This document shows positions 54,300-63,140 of a stretch of DNA of 64,000 nt, in pieces. Below the pieces are notes generated by a model that saw only the letters and a list, made by a program, of their open reading frames with translations, was not told the origin of the DNA and ran no database searches. Source of the DNA: an uncultured virus (IMG/VR IMGVR_UViG_3300029258_002403) (taxonomy: Duplodnaviria > Heunggongvirae > Uroviricota > Caudoviricetes); the IMG/VR virus record IMGVR_UViG_3300029258_002403; one strand, given 5' to 3'. Within the stretch, counting starts at the first letter, position 1, and the number at the start of each line of letters is the position of its first letter. Both the position numbers and the translations under genes were made by a program.

Positions 54300-54755
54300 C
54301 TACAACGGGTCGCGGCTCACGGTGTAGTAGGTCATCCCCGGGTTGTGGCCGATCTTGTCCCGCACCCCCATGACCCCCAGGCGGATCGCCAGGAGGCGGA
54401 AGCACGCCACCTCCCCGTCCGCGGTGAGGCGGGAGGTGTCCCCGCGGATAGCGCCGGGGGCGTTGTACTTGAGGCAGGACTCGTGGGCCCACCCGTCGAA
54501 CAGGTCGAACATGGCCTGCGCCACCTGTTCGTTGGTCCCCGGATCCCGGAACGGCGCGGCGGTGGCCTCCTGAATCGCGGCCTCCATGGGCTCCACGGTG
54601 TCCCGGAACGCGGGGAACCCCACCTCCGCCAGGGTCTGGAACGTCACCTCCACCGTGCCGTAGTGGCGGTGCCCCTTGAGCTTCATGGCGGAGTTGAGGT
54701 TGTGGAACTCCAGGCCCAGGGGGCCCACCGTGATCGTCTCCAGCCTACGTCCCAC
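54300..54755 (-). CDS. Second T-fold (QueD-like) protein with HRH motif
   Basis: 'LKGHRHYGTVEV', 'TNEQVAQAMFD'; adjacent to queD. Confidence 0.55.
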   Translation of the reverse strand: MGRRLETITVGPLGLEFHNLNSAMKLKGHRHYGTVEVTFQTLAEVGFPAFRDTVEPMEAAIQEATAAPFRDPGTNEQVAQAMFDLFDGWAHESCLKYNAPGAIRGDTSRLTADGEVACFRLLAIRLGVMGVRDKIGHNPGMTYYTVSRDPL

Positions 54756-55758
54756 GCGCGGCCTCCCTTTCCTTGTCGAGCGCGTCCAGGCGCGCCATCT
54801 CCTTGCGCCACCGGAACCGCAGTTTGCGTTCCAAGGCCATGTACCACTCGATCTCGGCGCGGAGGTGTTGGTGGGTGCCGCCGCGGACGGACATCTTGCC
54901 GTACACCTTCCAGTTGCCGAAGGCGCACGGGGCCGTCTCCCAGTTGCTCGCGTCCGCGCTGTGGAACGGGAACCGCATGAGGATCTCCTCGCTCGCGATC
55001 CCGAACGCGTGGATCTTGTGGGGCCACGCGCGGGCGAACACCTGCTCGATGAACTTGATCTTGCGCGCCTTGTGGAGTCCCACCATGCCCCCCACCGCGA
55101 ACTTGGGGTAGCGCTTGACCTCCTGGACCACCTCCCAGGGCTCCCCGATGTGCATGGTGGGGATCACGGGGATCCCCTGGCGCACCATCTCCTCACAGTT
55201 GCGCAGGGACGCCTCGGGATCCCCGATCACGTCCAGGCCGAACACCTCCGTGAGCTTGGGGTCCTCCTCCAGGAGCCGGGCGCACGTGTCGATGTACTCC
55301 TGGAGGTCGATGGTGACCCCGCTGTTGGCCGCCGAGTAGGCGCCGCTGTCCATCACCCAGTCCCGAAACCCCATGCGGTGGCGGTGCTTGAGGAACCCGG
55401 ACAGGTAGAAGTACGACACCAGCACCGCGGGCTCCTCCCCTTGATCCGGGGCCAGGCCCATGACCGTGCGCTCGCTGGTGACCAGCGCCATACGCATGGT
55501 TGGACTGTCCGCAGCCGCGGGGCCGCGGGCCTGGGTGCCGGTGATCGCGTGATTCACGTTGGACCCCAGGGCGAACCGGACGTTTGGCGCCTCCCCCTGG
55601 GGAGCACGGGGAGGGAAGGCGCGGACGGTGCGATCCATGGTGCGGTCGTTGACCGCCATTCGGACAGTGGGGCTGTCCTCACTAGGCATGAACCCCCCGA
55701 AGGCCTTGACCGTGCGCGCGGGGTCGGTGATCCCCACCGCCAGGCGCACGGTGGTCAT
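54745..55758 (-). CDS. TGT/DpdA-like DNA 7-deazaguanine transglycosylase
   Basis: 'VMDSGAYSA', 'LDVIGD', 'IPTMH', 'AVGG', 'KIHAFG', 'SADASNW'; beside que genes. Confidence 0.75.
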   Translation of the reverse strand: MTTVRLAVGITDPARTVKAFGGFMPSEDSPTVRMAVNDRTMDRTVRAFPPRAPQGEAPNVRFALGSNVNHAITGTQARGPAAADSPTMRMALVTSERTVMGLAPDQGEEPAVLVSYFYLSGFLKHRHRMGFRDWVMDSGAYSAANSGVTIDLQEYIDTCARLLEEDPKLTEVFGLDVIGDPEASLRNCEEMVRQGIPVIPTMHIGEPWEVVQEVKRYPKFAVGGMVGLHKARKIKFIEQVFARAWPHKIHAFGIASEEILMRFPFHSADASNWETAPCAFGNWKVYGKMSVRGGTHQHLRAEIEWYMALERKLRFRWRKEMARLDALDKEREAARGT

Positions 55759-56453
55759 GCACTGGCGGCCTCCCGCGCCGCGGCGGTCTTGGTGCGCGCC
55801 GCGTCCACGAGGTCGTCACCGTCCCACCCCGGGCCCAGGAGGGTGTCCAGTTCCTCCTTTTGGTCCGGGGACAGGAGGACCTTCCACGCCTTGACCCCGT
55901 TGCGGCCCCCCACCTCGGCAGGCTCGCCACCGATGGCGTCCTCGGACTTGCCGTCGTCCCCCGCGGGGTCGGCGTCCGGGTCCACGTCCGGGGTCTGGAA
56001 CTCCGCGTTCATGAGGGGTTCCAGTTCGTAGTCCTCCCACCCCAGACCCGCGGTGCCCCACCCCGCGGCGTCCAGGTCCGCGAAACGGCCCACCAACTCC
56101 TCGTAGTCCCACTCCGCCAACTCGGCGGTGCGATTGTCGGCCAGGCCGTAGGCGATGGCGTCCGCCTCCGTGTCGAAGGTGCGGACGTTGGCGGCGATGT
56201 GGGTCCACCCCAGGGCCAGGGCCGCGTCCACCGTCCCGTTGCCGGCGATCACGATGTCGCGGCCGCCCTGCTCCTCGGTCTGGCGCCACACCACGATGCA
56301 CTTGGCCTGCCCCGACTGGCGCAAGCTGGCCATGGTGGCCTCCCGGTTGCGCTGGTTGTGCTTCCGGGCGTTCTTGGGGTCCAAAGTGAGCCCCGCGATC
56401 GGGACCGCGAGGGGACGTAGTGACTCGTTGATGTACTCGTGTTGTGCGGGCAC
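55755..56453 (-). CDS. ParB/Srx-like N-terminal domain protein
   Basis: 'DPKNARKH', 'VIAGNGTVDAALALGW', 'LADNRTAELAEWD'; AGGAGG RBS. Confidence 0.8.
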   Translation of the reverse strand: MPAQHEYINESLRPLAVPIAGLTLDPKNARKHNQRNREATMASLRQSGQAKCIVVWRQTEEQGGRDIVIAGNGTVDAALALGWTHIAANVRTFDTEADAIAYGLADNRTAELAEWDYEELVGRFADLDAAGWGTAGLGWEDYELEPLMNAEFQTPDVDPDADPAGDDGKSEDAIGGEPAEVGGRNGVKAWKVLLSPDQKEELDTLLGPGWDGDDLVDAARTKTAAAREAASA

Positions 56454-56487
56454 GGTTCCTCCTGGCACGGGCCGCCGCGCGTTTGGT

Positions 56488-56844
56488 CTACTTGGACCGC
56501 TTCTTGCTGCGCTTCCGTGTCTCGCCTTGGCCGGTGGCCTTATCGGCCATGGCAGCGGCCGATTCCAACTTCTCGGGGGGCGGAGCGTCCGGTTCCAGGA
56601 CCACGGGCTCCGGCTCCATGACCACGGGGGTGGCCTTGGGGAACACCTCCTTGTGGATGGCCGGCACGTCCAGGGTCTGGCCCATCTTGCCGCCGCTCCG
56701 TCCATCTACGAACACCACGCACTTGCCCCCGGCGCTCACGGGGCACCGGACGGCTGCGCCGTCATAGGTGGCCCACACGCCGCCCTCGGCGTCGATCTCG
56801 TGGTTGGGTACGTCGGGGATGGGTCGTCGTTCGGGTGTGGGCAT
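56488..56844 (-). CDS. NUMOD4-like domain protein
   Basis: 'RRPIPDVPNHEIDAEGGVW'; GGAGGA RBS. Confidence 0.5.
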   Translation of the reverse strand: MPTPERRPIPDVPNHEIDAEGGVWATYDGAAVRCPVSAGGKCVVFVDGRSGGKMGQTLDVPAIHKEVFPKATPVVMEPEPVVLEPDAPPPEKLESAAAMADKATGQGETRKRSKKRSK

Positions 56845-56858
56845 GGTGTGTCGTCCTC

Positions 56859-57209
56859 CTATACCCCCAGCGCCCCGCCGACCGCGCGACCCAGCACCTT
56901 GGCGGCGCGGAGTCCCAGGTCTTCGAGCGCGTCCAGGAGTTCCGCGCGCCGGCGAGCGATACCAGCGAGTTGCTCGGTGGTGCCGTCCCGGTAGGCGCGC
57001 CATTCCTCGGGGGACATCATGGCCACGATCTCCTGCTTGGCGCGGAATGTGTCCCCCCTCTTGAGGGCGCGGAAGATGTCCGCGGCCTCGTCCTTGGCCA
57101 GGCCGACGAGGTGGTCCTTGTTCTCGTCCCACCAGCGGCCAGCTACGCCGCGGAGTTCACCCGCGACCGACTCCCAGAGTTCCCGGGTGATCAGATCCCC
57201 GACGCTCAC
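56859..57209 (-). CDS. Helical hypothetical protein
   Basis: GTGA overlap. Confidence 0.6.
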   Translation of the reverse strand: MSVGDLITRELWESVAGELRGVAGRWWDENKDHLVGLAKDEAADIFRALKRGDTFRAKQEIVAMMSPEEWRAYRDGTTEQLAGIARRRAELLDALEDLGLRAAKVLGRAVGGALGV

Positions 57210-57481
57210 TGGCCGCCGCCTTCCTCACCGCCATCGGCGGCGGGGGCGTCGTCGCAGTCCTCACCCTTGACGATCGCGTCGATGCACTCGGCCTGCTTGG
57301 CCATGGCGTCCAGGTCGTCCTGCGTACACTTGCCGTTGCCGTACCCGTCCGCCTCACAGGACGCGGCCACGGCCTTGGTCTGGACGTGGTGATCTTCCGC
57401 GGGGTGGCGGAGAGTCTTCTTGAGGCAACCCCCCAGGGGGAGGAGCAGGACCGCGAGCAGGACCAGGGAGGCACGACGCAT
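57206..57481 (-). CDS. Putative lipoprotein
   Basis: MRRASLVLLAVLLLPLGG-C lipobox. Confidence 0.65.
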   Translation of the reverse strand: MRRASLVLLAVLLLPLGGCLKKTLRHPAEDHHVQTKAVAASCEADGYGNGKCTQDDLDAMAKQAECIDAIVKGEDCDDAPAADGGEEGGGQ

Positions 57482-57520
57482 GGTGGCAGTGTGCCCCACC
57501 CCCGGGGTGCCCGTCCAGTC

Positions 57521-57964
57521 CTACTCCACCGTGCGGATCCTGCGTGCGTAGTCCGCCAGGAGGAGGGCGTCGGCGGTGGCATGGACCACCTTGGCCCCCG
57601 GGAACAACTGCTGGGCGCGGGCCTTGGTGACGTTCTTGTCCCCCTTGGACCGGCAGGACATGGCCCCCTGCCACTTGGCGGGGGTCACCAGTTCGTACCG
57701 CACCCCGGCCGCCGCCAGGGCCATCTCGCAGTGGCCGAACGACATGCCGAACTTGAAGGTGCTCGCCACCCCCTGCTTGGGCATGGCGCTCACCTTCTCC
57801 AGCACGGCGAACGAGATCTCCGCGCGGTGGCGGTCGAGCCACTCCCACACGTCGCGCAGGGTGTTGTCCAGGCGGATCACCTCCACCAGACCCCCGTCCC
57901 CGTCCACCACCGCCATGGCGCCGGACTTGCCAGGGTCCACCCCCAGGTAGTTCACCGGGGCCAC
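57521..57964 (-). CDS. ruvC: RuvC-like Holliday junction resolvase (start may be 57955)
   Basis: 'LGVDPGKSGA', 'LEKVSAMPKQGVASTFKFG', 'PAKWQ', 'ADALLLA'. Confidence 0.85.
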   Translation of the reverse strand: MAPVNYLGVDPGKSGAMAVVDGDGGLVEVIRLDNTLRDVWEWLDRHRAEISFAVLEKVSAMPKQGVASTFKFGMSFGHCEMALAAAGVRYELVTPAKWQGAMSCRSKGDKNVTKARAQQLFPGAKVVHATADALLLADYARRIRTVE

Positions 57965-58041
57965 ACCCCCAGGATAGCCAGGCCGGTCACCAGCGCCAAG
58001 GCCACCCGGAGCATGAGCCGGTCATCCGAGGGGACTACCAC
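57952..58041 (-). CDS. Possible 29-aa single-TM peptide
   Basis: Hand translation MVVPSDDRLMLRVALALVTGLAILGVWPR; AAGGA RBS; overlaps both neighbours. Confidence 0.35.
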   Translation of the reverse strand: MVVPSDDRLMLRVALALVTGLAILGVWPR

Positions 58042-58784
58042 CGGGCGTCCTTGTCTGGGTCAGCTCGGCGGCGGAAGTCCTCCAGTGTGGGGCGCACCGC
58101 CAGACTGTCCGAGCAGTTGCCGTGCTTTTGGCACCGGGTCCGCCAGTCCGTGAGCCCCGCTCGGAGGCGCCGCCACTTGGGGACGTGCTTGTGCCAGGCC
58201 GCCTCCACCTTGGTCCTGTCCTTGCCGTACCCGGCCCAGGCGTGGCGCACGTCCTCGCTGGTGCAGGGTGTTCGCTCGGAGATCTCCTCGGCGCGGAGGG
58301 CCTTGGATTCCCGGTTGTAGTGGCGGCGGCACACCTGGCGCGCTCGGATCGCGGCGCGGAGGGCCGACCACAAGGGCACGTCCAGGATCTCCGGGGGGAC
58401 GCACGCCCCCAAGTCGTGGAGGGCGTACCCGGCCACCTGGCCGTGATTGCCCCGGGTGGCCAGGTCCACGGGGTGATCCTCGATCCCCCAGTAGAACGGG
58501 CACCACTGGGGCAGGCGGCCCCGCTCCATGAGCTTGGGGAGGATGTGGGCCCCAGTCCACCCGTCCCGGCTGTGGATCCCCACCGGCCGCGTGCAACCGC
58601 CGCTCTCCACCAGGCACAGGTCTGTGACAATCCCGTCCGGGATGTCTTCGAACACCGCGTCCACGAACAGGCTGGACTCCATGGGGTCCATGGGGTCCAC
58701 CAGCGCCGGTGCGTCGGCCGGGAGGCCGGACAGGGCGCCGGGAGTGATGAAAAGGGCGAGCAGCCATGCGTAGAGCTGTTCCAT
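58035..58784 (-). CDS. Exported protein, possibly lysozyme/transglycosylase-like
   Basis: N-terminal hydrophobic signal; 'LCLVESGG' resembles the SLT catalytic ES motif. Confidence 0.45.
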   Translation of the reverse strand: MEQLYAWLLALFITPGALSGLPADAPALVDPMDPMESSLFVDAVFEDIPDGIVTDLCLVESGGCTRPVGIHSRDGWTGAHILPKLMERGRLPQWCPFYWGIEDHPVDLATRGNHGQVAGYALHDLGACVPPEILDVPLWSALRAAIRARQVCRRHYNRESKALRAEEISERTPCTSEDVRHAWAGYGKDRTKVEAAWHKHVPKWRRLRAGLTDWRTRCQKHGNCSDSLAVRPTLEDFRRRADPDKDARW

Positions 58785-58808
58785 AAGCCGGTGACCCTAC
58801 CTAGCGCG

Positions 58809-60515
58809 TCACACGCGGGCAAGGACCCCCTGGGTCACGTGCCAGTGCTCGCGAGCCACGGCGCGGAGCGCCTGGGCGGCCTGGTGCGCGATCACCACCA
58901 CGGTGCGGTCCTGGGCCAGTTCCCCCACGGCGGCAGATACCCGGGCCACCCCGTCCGCGTCCAAGGCGTCAAAGATCTCGTCGCAGAAGATCGTGCTGTG
59001 ACGTTCCCCACGCGCCGCCTCGGCCACTTGGGCTAGGGCAAACATCAGGGCCACGTCCACACGACGACGCTCTCCGCCGCTGGCAGACGCGTACCCGCGC
59101 CCGCCATCACCCGCCAGGGCCTCGGCCTCGGCCACCGCAGCGTCGTCGTCCTCCAGAAGGGCGGCGGCCTGGGTGTTGTGGTCCGTCTCGATGGACAAGG
59201 CCACTTGATCCTTGACCCCGCCGTCCTTCTTGGTGCCGTAGGGGCGAAGGACCAGGCGGAGGTTGCCGTGGCAGATCCGGCCGAGCCACGCGTTGGCGGC
59301 CGCCTCGATGGCGGAGATCGTCTTGCCCAGGAGGTGTGCCCGCACCCCCTTGGTCCCCAAGGTTTTGACGGCGGCCTTGAGGTTGACGAGCGCCGCGGCG
59401 GTGGTCTCGGCCTGGACTTCCAGGGCGGCCTGTTCCTGCTTGGCGGCGATCAGGTCGGCCGTGGCCTGGGCCCGTTGGTCCTCCAGGCCGTCACGGTGGG
59501 ACTTCTCCCGGTCGTAGGCAGCGGCGGCAGCGGCCGCGGTGGCGGCCTTGTCGATCTCGGTGGACAGGTCGGCCTGCTCCCGGCGGAGATCGGCCAGGTC
59601 GGCCTCCAGGTCGGCCACCGCGTTCTGGATCTCCTGCTCCTTGGCGGCAGCAGCGGCCTCGGCCTTGGCCACCGCGTCCTCCAAGGACGCGCGGAGGTCG
59701 TCCCCGATCGGCTGGCCGCACGTGGGGCAGTTGGCCGCGGACAAGCGGTCCCGCTGGCGGCGAGCGTCCATGGCCGCGGCCTTGGCGTCCCGGCCCGTCC
59801 CCTCCACCTTGCGGATCTCCTGGGACCGTTCCCGGATGTCCCGGGTGGTCTGGGTCTGGAGGTCCCGCAGGCTCGACGCTGCATCCGGGTCGTAGTCAGG
59901 GGGTGGTCCCAGGTCCCCATCGGGTGGGACCAAGCCAGCGAGACGCGTGCGGATCCCCGCCACCCTCTCCTGGACCACCCGGAGGTCTGCCCCCACCCCC
60001 GCGGCGTCCTTCTCCAGGGTGCGGAGGTCAGCCAGGGCGGCACGGTACGCACCCTCCAGGCCCCCAGCCCCCGTGAGGGCTTCGATCATGCGCTTGCGGT
60101 CGGCATCAGTGGCCATGGTGAAGTTGGCCGCGTCCTGGCTGGACAGGACACACGACCGGCGCCACTGGTCGAACGACCCGAACTTGGCGTCCAGTTCGGC
60201 CTGGGCCTTGGTGGTGCTGTCGTGCTTGGGGCCGTTGTCCCACTTGACCTTGACCCGCCCCTTGGGGGTGCGGCGGTACAGGACGCCCCCCACCCGGACG
60301 GCGGCGCTGATCTTGGACGGGTCCAGAAGCCCCTCGTTCCACAACGGCGCCCCTCGGAGGGTCTTGCCCCACACTGTGAGGGGCACCGCCTCGATCAGGG
60401 TGCTCTTGCCGCTCCCGTTGTCCCCGGTGACCAGGACCACCCCAGTGTCGGGGAGGGTGAGGGTGGTACGAGAATGGCGGGTTACGCCGCGGAGGTAGAT
60501 CTCGGAAACACGCAT
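58809..60515 (-). CDS. sbcC: SbcC/Rad50-like ATPase
   Basis: GDNGSGKST Walker A, CPTCG zinc hook, coiled coils, SGGE signature, 'FCDEIFDALD'. Confidence 0.9.
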   Translation of the reverse strand: MRVSEIYLRGVTRHSRTTLTLPDTGVVLVTGDNGSGKSTLIEAVPLTVWGKTLRGAPLWNEGLLDPSKISAAVRVGGVLYRRTPKGRVKVKWDNGPKHDSTTKAQAELDAKFGSFDQWRRSCVLSSQDAANFTMATDADRKRMIEALTGAGGLEGAYRAALADLRTLEKDAAGVGADLRVVQERVAGIRTRLAGLVPPDGDLGPPPDYDPDAASSLRDLQTQTTRDIRERSQEIRKVEGTGRDAKAAAMDARRQRDRLSAANCPTCGQPIGDDLRASLEDAVAKAEAAAAAKEQEIQNAVADLEADLADLRREQADLSTEIDKAATAAAAAAAYDREKSHRDGLEDQRAQATADLIAAKQEQAALEVQAETTAAALVNLKAAVKTLGTKGVRAHLLGKTISAIEAAANAWLGRICHGNLRLVLRPYGTKKDGGVKDQVALSIETDHNTQAAALLEDDDAAVAEAEALAGDGGRGYASASGGERRRVDVALMFALAQVAEAARGERHSTIFCDEIFDALDADGVARVSAAVGELAQDRTVVVIAHQAAQALRAVAREHWHVTQGVLARV

Positions 60516-60847
60516 CAGTCTGTGCGGAGCGCGGCCTTGTAGTCGGACACGATCTGGCGGCCAGGCCGCACGTCCATCCGGGGGTCGCGGTCGATCAGAT
60601 CTAGCGCGCTCTCCAGTGTGGCGGAAAGGCGGTCGGCGTGAAACCGCAGGAGGTGGAACTCCCGAACGATCGGCGCCAAGACGGGGTCCGTCTGACATCG
60701 GTGGCGGGCCGCGGCCACCTCCAGGTTGTGGGCGAACACGAGGTACCGGGGGACCCCCTGGTCCCGATCCGCCGCGTCCTGGTAGCACGCGCGGACCACC
60801 GCCGGGGGCAGACCGAAGGGACGATCGGGGGTGTGTTCCATGGCCAC
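60515..60847 (-). CDS. Hypothetical protein
   Basis: Coupled between sbcD and sbcC. Confidence 0.55.
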   Translation of the reverse strand: MAMEHTPDRPFGLPPAVVRACYQDAADRDQGVPRYLVFAHNLEVAAARHRCQTDPVLAPIVREFHLLRFHADRLSATLESALDLIDRDPRMDVRPGRQIVSDYKAALRTD

Positions 60848-62022
60848 TAGACTACCCCCTCCGCGGTGACGTAGTGGCGCACCAGGCGGAGAACCTCATC
60901 CCGGTCGGGATCCCCCTCAAAGGGGGCCATGCCCACGTACTCCGCCACGGCTCGTTCCACCGTCTCCGCATCCCGGGCGCTCATGGCCGCCGACTCGATC
61001 CGGCGCCGAACATCCTCCGAGTCCACCACCACCTCGTACCCCGCCGGGTGGGCGTCGCTCTCCGCGAACGCAGCGTTGACGGCGGCCACCGCATCCGGGC
61101 TCGCCACGATCTGGACGTACACCTGATTGCCCGACCCTCGGTGGGTGTCACTGGCGGCCGTGATCGCGTCCCGGACGTTGGCGGTCTTGACGAACCGGGG
61201 GCCGTGGATCACCTCCCGTCGTAGGCGCTCCCCGGGGGCGCTGGCGCTGTCCCACGTGATCAAGGACCCGTAGGGGTCGCGCCCCGGGTCCAGTTGGCGG
61301 ACGGTGGATGGGTTGTCCCACCCTGTAGGGCACAGCGCGCCCACCTGCATGATCTCCAGGCCGTTGTCGAACCTCCACGACCGGTGCTCGTGCCAGTCCC
61401 CGGCCAGGACCGACGAGAACCCCCACTCGTTGGCGATCTCCGCCAGGGTGTTCACGTCGATGGCCCCCTCCGCGCCCGCGAGCCACGGGGGAGTCCGGGC
61501 ATCTTTGATCCCCATGTGCAGGACCAAAAGCGCTCCCTCCGGCCACCCGGCGCCCACGTCCGTGTAGGCCAGAGCCGCACGGATCACGTCCTCGGCCTTC
61601 CCGGGGGCGTAGGGGACCAGGACCACCGCGGCGCCATCCTGGGACAGCACCTTGGGACGGTCCACCACGTCGGCCACCGGGGCCATGGGTCCCAAGGCGT
61701 GGTCCCCCTGCGTCTCGCTCCCGTGCTCGTGATTCCCCAGGACCAACTGGCCCCAGTGGTCCCCCGGGCCATAGTCCTCGTTGGCCCCCTCCTTGGACAG
61801 CGCCGCCTGGGCCATGGCCACGATCTGGGGCGGGACGTGGAGGCTGTCGAACAGGTCCCCCGCGCACACGAACAGGTTGGCCCCGTCCATCCTGGCGCGG
61901 GACACGGCGCGGGAAAACACCGCCCCGGTTAGTTGGCCGCGGCGGTTGATCCCCGCCACCACCTCCCCGCCGTGGCGGCGGTGATTGGCTACATGCACGT
62001 CGGCTACGGTTGCGACTCTCAC
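60847..62022 (-). CDS. sbcD: SbcD/Mre11-like metallophosphoesterase nuclease
   Basis: 'ADVH', 'AGDLFD', 'GNHE', 'GDWH'; GTGA overlap with recA. Confidence 0.88.
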   Translation of the reverse strand: MRVATVADVHVANHRRHGGEVVAGINRRGQLTGAVFSRAVSRARMDGANLFVCAGDLFDSLHVPPQIVAMAQAALSKEGANEDYGPGDHWGQLVLGNHEHGSETQGDHALGPMAPVADVVDRPKVLSQDGAAVVLVPYAPGKAEDVIRAALAYTDVGAGWPEGALLVLHMGIKDARTPPWLAGAEGAIDVNTLAEIANEWGFSSVLAGDWHEHRSWRFDNGLEIMQVGALCPTGWDNPSTVRQLDPGRDPYGSLITWDSASAPGERLRREVIHGPRFVKTANVRDAITAASDTHRGSGNQVYVQIVASPDAVAAVNAAFAESDAHPAGYEVVVDSEDVRRRIESAAMSARDAETVERAVAEYVGMAPFEGDPDRDEVLRLVRHYVTAEGVV

Positions 62023-63029
62023 ACCCCTACCTTGCGCACCTTCCGTCGGATCGCTTCCATGATCTTGGGGTGCTCTCGGAGGTACGTGATGGCGTTGGCG
62101 CGCCCCTGGGCCACGTTCTCCCCCTTGTAGGCGTAGAAACTGCCCTTCTTGTCCATCACCCCGGCGATCACGGCGGCGTCGATCACTTCCGCGGCCTGGT
62201 CGATCCCCACCCCGAACGCAATGTCGAACTCGGCCTCCTGGAACGGCCGCGCCACCTTGTTCTTGACCACCTTGACCTTGGTCTTCATGGCCACGGTCTG
62301 CTCCCCGCTCTTGACCGCGGAGATCCGGCGCACCTCCAGGCGCACGCTGGAGTAGAACTTGAGGGCGTTGCCGCCGCTGGTGGTGGTGGGGGAGCCGAAG
62401 AACTTGCCCACCTTGGACCGGGTCTGGTTGATGAACAGGACCAGGGTGCCGTTCTTGGACGTGGCTGCGGTGAGGCGGCGCATCACCTTGGACATCATGC
62501 GCGCCTGGAGGGCCATGGACTGGTCCTCGATCTCCCCGTCCAGTTCCGCCTTGGGGGTGAGGGCGGCCACGCTGTCCACCACCACCACGCCGAACCCCCC
62601 GGTGCGCACCACCATGTCCACCACACCCAGCGCCATCTCGCCGTAATCCGGCTGCGAGATCAGGAGGTCGTCGGTGTTGACCCCGATGGCCTCCGCGTAC
62701 ACGGGGTCCAGGGCGTGCTCGGCGTCCACGAACGCGGCGGGCAGGCCGAGCCGTTGCGCCTCCGCGATCACGTGGAGGCACAGGGTGGTCTTGCCGCTCG
62801 ACTCCGGGCCGTACACCTCCACGATCCGCCCCCGTGGAAGGCCGCCCACGCCGATGGCGTCGTCCAGGCCCATGGACCCGGTGCTGATCACGTCGTGCTT
62901 GAAGTCGGACGCGGAACCCAGGCGCCGGGCCGCCTCCCCGCCATACTTGGCCTGGATGGCATCCAGGGCGGAGGTGAGGGGGCTGTCCGCGGTGGCGGCG
63001 GGTTTGGGGTCTTTCTTTTTCCGTGGCAT
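62019..63029 (-). CDS. recA: RecA recombinase
   Basis: 'GLPRGRIVEVYGPESSGKTT', 'DAEHALDP', 'DSVAAL', 'GGNALKFYSSVRL'. Confidence 0.97.
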   Translation of the reverse strand: MPRKKKDPKPAATADSPLTSALDAIQAKYGGEAARRLGSASDFKHDVISTGSMGLDDAIGVGGLPRGRIVEVYGPESSGKTTLCLHVIAEAQRLGLPAAFVDAEHALDPVYAEAIGVNTDDLLISQPDYGEMALGVVDMVVRTGGFGVVVVDSVAALTPKAELDGEIEDQSMALQARMMSKVMRRLTAATSKNGTLVLFINQTRSKVGKFFGSPTTTSGGNALKFYSSVRLEVRRISAVKSGEQTVAMKTKVKVVKNKVARPFQEAEFDIAFGVGIDQAAEVIDAAVIAGVMDKKGSFYAYKGENVAQGRANAITYLREHPKIMEAIRRKVRKVGV

Positions 63030-63140
63030 GGTCGGTCCTCAAAAGGCGCCGCGCCCCCGGGGGCAAGAACGGTCCCCGTGGCGCGACTGCGGGTGTTGTT
63101 TCAATGCAAGGGACACCGCCCGCTGGTCCCCAGGCTCCCC

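Noticed and set aside
57965..57976. TATCCT-6-GTG leaderless promoter for ruvC
   Set aside because: It lies within a plausible small TM ORF whose stop overlaps an alternative ruvC start at 57955; ambiguous.
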